From positions 1 through 44,104 of the IMG/VR virus record IMGVR_UViG_3300002307_000090: a DNA stretch of 44,104 nt. One strand, given 5' to 3'. The notes beneath the pieces were generated by a model, which worked only from the letters and a program-made list of their open reading frames with translations, made no database searches and had not been told where the DNA came from. Position 1 is the first letter of the stretch. Each line of letters begins with the position of its first letter. Shown piece after piece: positions 39,214 to 44,104 of the stretch. Source of the DNA: a virus. Taxonomy: Duplodnaviria; Caudoviricetes. A program made the translations under genes and the position numbers.

Positions 39214-39483
39214 ATGTCACTATACTATCAAGACCCCACCTATGTCATGGTAATTGATGTTGATCAAGCTGCCAAAATAGATCATGCAATGGCGACCGAT
39301 AATTCAACGCTAACTCTAAAACGTCCAGCGAACTATTGGTGGGAGGCTCAAAACAGATTCTTAGGACGACACAACGCACGATACGGCCAAGTGATAAAGA
39401 AATACAATCCATATGTGTGGAAGAGAGAACTTATTTTTGACACAGAACAAGACGCAGTTATGTTTTATCTAAAGGTATTATAA
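39214..39483 (+). CDS. Hypothetical protein
   Basis: 89 aa; C-terminal F.TEQDAVMFYLK motif of a type common in small phage proteins. Confidence 0.6.
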   Translation: MSLYYQDPTYVMVIDVDQAAKIDHAMATDNSTLTLKRPANYWWEAQNRFLGRHNARYGQVIKKYNPYVWKRELIFDTEQDAVMFYLKVL

Positions 39484-40076
39484 TGGCAACCAAGAAAGCA
39501 GCAACACCCGCTGACGAGAAGTTTCAGAATCAAGACTTTGACTTGTTCAAGGCTATTGATGCTATTGACGCAAAGAACTATGACTGGTTCGCAAACTTAA
39601 CTGACGAACAGCGTAAGAAGTTTGTACCCTATATGATGACGCATTGGATCAGTTCAGTCAAAAAGACTGGCATAGTCGGTGCGTATTATGTTATGAGCGT
39701 AGATGCAAATGCCAACAAGCATTTGTTTGACGAGCATATTATGAGTCATCCAGAGTTACAATGGAAGATGTTGTGTGCGGCAAGTCCAGGAATTGGAAAA
39801 CAGTTTCACAGTTGGATTCCACATCTAAATGTCAAAGTGTCGCAACTCAAAGAACCAGCAACAAAGAAAGAAGTCAAAGACTATTTCAGCAAAGTATACG
39901 CAGGAATCAAACCAGAAGTACTAGACGATATTGCAGCAAGTTATACGCAAAGTCAACGACATGCACATACCTTGGCCAAAATGTATCCCAATATGAAACG
40001 TGAAGACATTGAGCAATTGTCTAAAATTGTAAGCGAGAAAGACATTGAAGACTACGAACGAGAATCAGGCAACTGA
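39483..40076 (+). CDS. gp62: Clamp loader small subunit (T4 gp62-like)
   Basis: FDLFKAI...KKFVPYMM.HW.S...HPELQW.ML...GKQFH.WI pattern. Confidence 0.6.
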   Translation: MATKKAATPADEKFQNQDFDLFKAIDAIDAKNYDWFANLTDEQRKKFVPYMMTHWISSVKKTGIVGAYYVMSVDANANKHLFDEHIMSHPELQWKMLCAASPGIGKQFHSWIPHLNVKVSQLKEPATKKEVKDYFSKVYAGIKPEVLDDIAASYTQSQRHAHTLAKMYPNMKREDIEQLSKIVSEKDIEDYERESGN

Positions 40077-40758
40077 TAAAGAAGAATATCGCTGCGATCA
40101 TTGCAAGCGATCATTCGTCAAACCAGCCAGTTTTATGAATCACATGTGTGAGCAAAAACGTCGTTGGATGGACAAGGACAAACCGCAAAACCGTATTGCA
40201 TACTCAGCATGGTTGAACTTCTATAAAACGGTACAGCCATCAAGAAAAAAGCGTGACTATGCTGACTTTATTGGCAACGCATACTATCGTGGATTTATCA
40301 AGTACGGCATTTATTGCGTAGAAGTTGGAGTGGTAAACCCAGATCGTTATGCAGCATACTTGCTCAACGAAAAAGTAGCACTAGACAACTGGAACAGCGA
40401 CAAAGTATACACCAAGTATTTGATCTTTTATCTACGTCAAGAAGACGGCATGGATGCTGTTCGTCGTAGCATTGATCATATGCTTACTCTAAGTGAAAAC
40501 GAAAACGTAGAATTGCGTGATGTTTTTAGATATGTAAACTCAAACAAAGTCTGTCAGTACATTTGTTCGGGCAAGATTAGTCCATGGGTACTGTACTTAA
40601 GCAAGTCGGGTCCCGAGTTTTTGTCAAAACTCAATGACGATCAGCGTAATGTTATTTTTGAATACATTGACCCAGAGCGTTGGAACATTAAGTTCAAGCG
40701 TGACACAGACGAAGCAAAAAGCGTAAGCACAGTGCTAGAACAAATATCAGGATTGTAA
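40045..40758 (+). CDS. Zn-finger replication-cluster protein (start uncertain)
   Basis: YRCDHCKRSF......NHMC finger; helical body with GKISPW. Confidence 0.65.
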   Translation: MKTTNENQATDKEEYRCDHCKRSFVKPASFMNHMCEQKRRWMDKDKPQNRIAYSAWLNFYKTVQPSRKKRDYADFIGNAYYRGFIKYGIYCVEVGVVNPDRYAAYLLNEKVALDNWNSDKVYTKYLIFYLRQEDGMDAVRRSIDHMLTLSENENVELRDVFRYVNSNKVCQYICSGKISPWVLYLSKSGPEFLSKLNDDQRNVIFEYIDPERWNIKFKRDTDEAKSVSTVLEQISGL

Positions 40759-41363
40759 TGACTAAACGATTTGTAAGTGATATCGATATCGATCTAGGTG
40801 ATCGTAGCATACTGCTGCCCTATCTAGATACAACTCCTGCTGCCATACGCAACGAGACTGTACGCAGACACAACTCTGGAGTATATGTCACGGATATCCC
40901 ACATGATCCGATCAACAGCATTGCAGCTATTGATTATAACGTGGCAGAAGATCGTGGCTATGTCAAGCTTGACTTGCTGAATGTATGGCTGTATCGTCAC
41001 GTGCGTGATGAACAGCATCTTGTATCGCTTATGCGTGAGCCAAACTGGAGCAAACTTAGTGACAAGTCGTATGTTGAGAATCTGATTCACATTGACAATC
41101 ATTATGAAACCATGACAAAGATGGAGCCTATTACAAGCATACCAAGATTGGCAATGTTCTTATCGCTGATCAGACCAGGAAAGAAACATTTGATTGGGAA
41201 AAGTTGGAAAGAAATCGCAGATACTATCTGGACAATTGATGAGGGTGGTTATAGTTTCAAGAAGTCACACGGTATAGCTTATGCACATCTTGTTGTGGTA
41301 CATATGAACTTGCTGCTTGAAGACAGCACTGCACTACAGCATACGCTTAACAAGAGTGATTGA
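40758..41363 (+). CDS. dnaE: DNA polymerase III alpha (DnaE)-like C-half of a split minimal core
   Basis: SDIDID, HNSGVYV, GYVKLDLL, LSLIRPG and YSFKKSHGIAYA match DnaE PDxDxD, HAGGVVI, GLVKFDFL, ALFRPG and YGFNKSHSAAYA. Confidence 0.88.
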   Translation: MTKRFVSDIDIDLGDRSILLPYLDTTPAAIRNETVRRHNSGVYVTDIPHDPINSIAAIDYNVAEDRGYVKLDLLNVWLYRHVRDEQHLVSLMREPNWSKLSDKSYVENLIHIDNHYETMTKMEPITSIPRLAMFLSLIRPGKKHLIGKSWKEIADTIWTIDEGGYSFKKSHGIAYAHLVVVHMNLLLEDSTALQHTLNKSD

Positions 41364-41711
41364 TTTACGCTTGATGCGTTTCTTTGCTAGTTCATTCATA
41401 CTTGTAGCGGGACCATGTAGAATTTCTAAGCCCTTGTTGTTGAATGTTTTTAAGTAGGGTCTAAAAATTGTCCAATCGTCTTTCAAGAATATATTGATGG
41501 GTATCAATCGATTACTTTCCCACCACCAGTTTTCTCCAAGATCAAGAAACACTGTTTTGAGTTCTTGATTGACTATGCTGCCGTAGTCATAGAATGTCGT
41601 GACAATATCATCACGATTCTGTACGATGCCAACATACTCCAGATTTGCATATACGCAAACTGTAATGAATGGATGGGTCTCGCTTAACTTCTGAAAAAAA
41701 TCATTGATCAT
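41334..41711 (-). CDS. Late hypothetical protein
   Basis: 125 aa; YVGIVQN...WWWESNRLIPINIFL; minus-strand TATAAATA at 41733-41740. Confidence 0.75.
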   Translation of the reverse strand: MINDFFQKLSETHPFITVCVYANLEYVGIVQNRDDIVTTFYDYGSIVNQELKTVFLDLGENWWWESNRLIPINIFLKDDWTIFRPYLKTFNNKGLEILHGPATSMNELAKKRIKRKSITLVKRML

Positions 41712-41715
41712 ATGT

Positions 41716-41754
41716 CATAAATAGTATGAGTATATTTATACAACTCGATAAATA
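41716..41754. promoter_or_regulatory. Divergent late promoters
   Basis: Plus-strand CATAAATA at 41716-41723 and GATAAATA at 41747-41754; minus-strand TATAAATA at 41733-41740. Confidence 0.7.
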
Positions 41755-41771
41755 CTAAAAAGGAATTAAAT

Positions 41772-42632
41772 GTGACAGCACAAACACAAGTTTATCTATA
41801 CAATCAGCGACAGCTTGTGGTTTTACTGCAAACATTAGGAGCGGGAGATTCTAGGAGATATGAAGTGGTATACAGTAAGAACTTAACGATTAGTAGAGGT
41901 GTGGATAACATCCTTGAATTCGCCTTTGTAAACCAGAATCAAAAACCGGTCGATGTTAACGGCAAAAGCATAACCTGTAGAATTTTAAATCCTACTGGCA
42001 CTGAGATACTGATTCAGAAAAGTCTGGATCCTATATTCCCTATCACAGGGATCATGTGCTTACGTTTGAGCAAAGCTGACATTGAAAACATCAATGCTCA
42101 GTACTGCTACTACAGTCTAGAGATTCCAGTTGATACATTCGACTATCCAGTGTTTGTAGACGCACAGGGTGGAGCACGTGGCGATATTACAATTGTAAAC
42201 TCGGTACTGCCTTCATTTGTCCAATCTAAAGAAGTCACAATACCAAGTCACGTACAACCGTTTGGTCAATCGGGCAATGTGAATCCTGAAGTTGCACCAC
42301 CTAACTCGGGTCAACCATCGATATACTACAGTTCAACTATCAATACAGTTGAGGCTCCGGTGTTATCCACGCAAGTGTTCATGGAGAAATTCACTGGCAA
42401 CATTCAATGGCAGGGTAGCACACTGGCAGACTTTAGTTTGTTTTACCCATTAGCAGCTCCAGTGGTATATGCCAATAACACAATCACAGAGGGCTTCAAT
42501 CTTGAGGGATATCACCCATACGTTAGATTGAAAATCGTCAACGAGGGTACTTACCCAGTTGTTCCCGTTGGGCCACCCGGCAATCAATTACCTGTACTAC
42601 AGGGCGATATTACAAGAATTCTGGCTAGATAG
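41772..42632 (+). CDS. Virion structural protein (BppU-like Ig N-domain)
   Basis: GTG start with AAGGA SD. N.LEF.F.NQ.QKPVD...G...L.L...D pattern; late promoter. Confidence 0.55.
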   Translation: MTAQTQVYLYNQRQLVVLLQTLGAGDSRRYEVVYSKNLTISRGVDNILEFAFVNQNQKPVDVNGKSITCRILNPTGTEILIQKSLDPIFPITGIMCLRLSKADIENINAQYCYYSLEIPVDTFDYPVFVDAQGGARGDITIVNSVLPSFVQSKEVTIPSHVQPFGQSGNVNPEVAPPNSGQPSIYYSSTINTVEAPVLSTQVFMEKFTGNIQWQGSTLADFSLFYPLAAPVVYANNTITEGFNLEGYHPYVRLKIVNEGTYPVVPVGPPGNQLPVLQGDITRILAR

Positions 42633-42634
42633 CT

Positions 42635-42687
42635 TGTCCAGATAACTTGCGTTTAACACTAAGACATAGTATAATATGCTATGTCTT
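42635..42687 (+). promoter_or_regulatory. Sigma70 promoter with TGTCC box, embedded in a terminator-like hairpin
   Basis: TGTCC-N7-TTGCGT-N17-TATAAT; AAGACATAG/CTATGTCTT arms flank the -10 and are followed by Ts. Confidence 0.75.
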
Positions 42688-42703
42688 TTTCTATTTGTAA
42701 ATT

Positions 42704-43705
42704 ATGAGCAACATTATTATCGAAACCACCTTGAATCTGTGGCAAAATGGTCGCAAGGTCAAGCGAACTGGTAACGGCTGGCTTTCAGGAAATGCCGTTT
42801 GCTGCGAGTTCAACAATCAAAGCAAAGATCGACGTGGTCGTGGCGGCATCATTGTCGAGAACGATAAGATTAGTTGGCATTGTTTCAACTGTGAGTTCAA
42901 GACAAGCTACACAGCAGGTCGTATGTTGAATCAACGATACAAGAATCTATTGTTGTGGCTAGGAGCAGATCAACATCTTGTGGATAAGATGACCATGGAG
43001 TCGCTTAAGATTCGTGAAGAAACACAGGGTGCTGCCAAGTACTTGAACAGAGTTCAGAATTCTACACTAGAAATCAAATTTAAGACTACGCAACTGCCAG
43101 ATGAAAGCGAGTTGCTAGATATCAACAACGCAGAACACAGTTTTTATATCGAATATCTTAAGACACGTGGCTTGTCATATGATAGCTATACGTATTATGT
43201 GACACCAAAAGAAACTGGACGTGACGCACACAGAATTATCATACCCTATTACTATAATGGACAACTAGTTGGTAATACCTCAAGATATATCGATGATCGC
43301 AAGCCTAAGTATATCTCTGATCAACAGCGTGGGTACGTGTTTAACATTGATGCACAACAGAAAGATTGGCAAGCGTGTATTATGGTTGAGGGTCAGTTCG
43401 ATGCAATTGCAATTGGTGGCTGTGCGTACATGGGAAGTACAATTCTTGATGAACAAGCAAACGTTATAAGCAGACTGCGTAGAAAGATTATTGTAGTGCC
43501 AGATAGAGATAAAACGGGAATGGAAGTATGTGATCGTGCGCTAGAATTAGGATATCACATTAGCATACCCAACTGGGCTGATGATGTTAAAGATACCAAT
43601 GACGCAGTGCTACGATACGGCAGACTAGCAACCACAATGAGCATACTTCAAGCTGCGACAAGCAGTAAGATCAAAGTAGAAATGATAAGGAAGAAAATTA
43701 CGTGA
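42704..43705 (+). CDS. gp61: DNA primase (T4 gp61/DnaG-like)
   Basis: Zn ribbon (CC...HCFNC); TOPRIM VEGQFDA, PDRD, KDTND. Confidence 0.9.
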   Translation: MSNIIIETTLNLWQNGRKVKRTGNGWLSGNAVCCEFNNQSKDRRGRGGIIVENDKISWHCFNCEFKTSYTAGRMLNQRYKNLLLWLGADQHLVDKMTMESLKIREETQGAAKYLNRVQNSTLEIKFKTTQLPDESELLDINNAEHSFYIEYLKTRGLSYDSYTYYVTPKETGRDAHRIIIPYYYNGQLVGNTSRYIDDRKPKYISDQQRGYVFNIDAQQKDWQACIMVEGQFDAIAIGGCAYMGSTILDEQANVISRLRRKIIVVPDRDKTGMEVCDRALELGYHISIPNWADDVKDTNDAVLRYGRLATTMSILQAATSSKIKVEMIRKKIT

Positions 43706-44104
43706 CGCCGATTGAATATACACACGACATACAAGAATTGTTTTTAAGAATGATGTTGACTGATGCTCAACTCTATACCAGAGTCAGCAACATTATGAAC
43801 AGCGAGAATTTTGAACGCACACTAAGACCAGCAGCAAAGTTCTTGGTAGAGTTTAGTGAAAAGTACAACGCAATACCAGACGCAGAACAAATCAAGGCTA
43901 CAACTGGCCTTGACATTGCTTTGATTCCAGGAATGCGTGACAGTGATACAGAGTGGTTTCTAGATGAATTTGAAAAGTTCACCAAGCGTCAAGAACTTGA
44001 ACGAGCAATCTTGAAATCAGCAGACTTGCTTGAAAAGGGAAACTATGATCCAGTCGAAAAGCTGATCAAAGATGCAGTGCAAATTTCATTGACAAAAGAC
44101 ATGG
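43702..44104 (+). CDS. gp41: Replicative helicase N-terminus (T4 gp41/DnaB-like), 3' truncated; absent from the ORF track
   Basis: GTGA overlap with the primase stop; open to the window end (IQELFLRMML...WFLDEFEKFTKRQELERAIL...KDAVQISL); follows primase. Confidence 0.75.
   Translation, partial: MTPIEYTHDIQELFLRMMLTDAQLYTRVSNIMNSENFERTLRPAAKFLVEFSEKYNAIPDAEQIKATTGLDIALIPGMRDSDTEWFLDEFEKFTKRQELERAILKSADLLEKGNYDPVEKLIKDAVQISLTKDM

Noticed and set aside
1-44104. tRNA, rRNA or CRISPR array
   Set aside because: Intergenic gaps are short and explained by promoters and terminators. No cloverleaf or repeat-spacer array was seen by eye.
1-44104. Stop-codon reassignment
   Set aside because: Conserved genes are full length in code 11 and end in TAA, TGA or TAG.

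Overview
A 44 kb, gene-dense segment of a large T4-like (myovirus-type) dsDNA phage, with all but two genes on the + strand. It carries virion/baseplate genes, a gp17-like large terminase, a T4-type replication/recombination set (clamp loader subunits, gp32 SSB, UvsX/UvsY/UvsW, gp61 primase, start of gp41 helicase), chaperones (GroES, DnaJ, ClpA), PhoH, a HAD nucleotidase and two free-standing GIY-YIG-like endonucleases. Two promoter classes can be read directly: sigma70 TTGACA/TATAAT and T4-late-like (N)NTAAATA. Main observations: (1) a miniaturised family-C (DnaE) polymerase core split into two genes about 31 kb apart, with all catalytic motifs but no recognisable PHP, thumb or OB domain; (2) late-expressed enzymes (Pol-beta NTase, RNA-ligase-like/HIGH-NTase fusion, amidoligase) carrying prohead-protease-like [ILV]-x-E sites at domain boundaries, suggesting processed, virion-delivered cargo, plus one small protein with a cryptic signal peptide; (3) a TGTCC-N7-TTG promoter element, many leaderless starts, and hairpins over -10 boxes at late-to-sigma70 junctions. 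All calls are by eye from motifs; no searches were run. No tRNA, rRNA or CRISPR array was seen.
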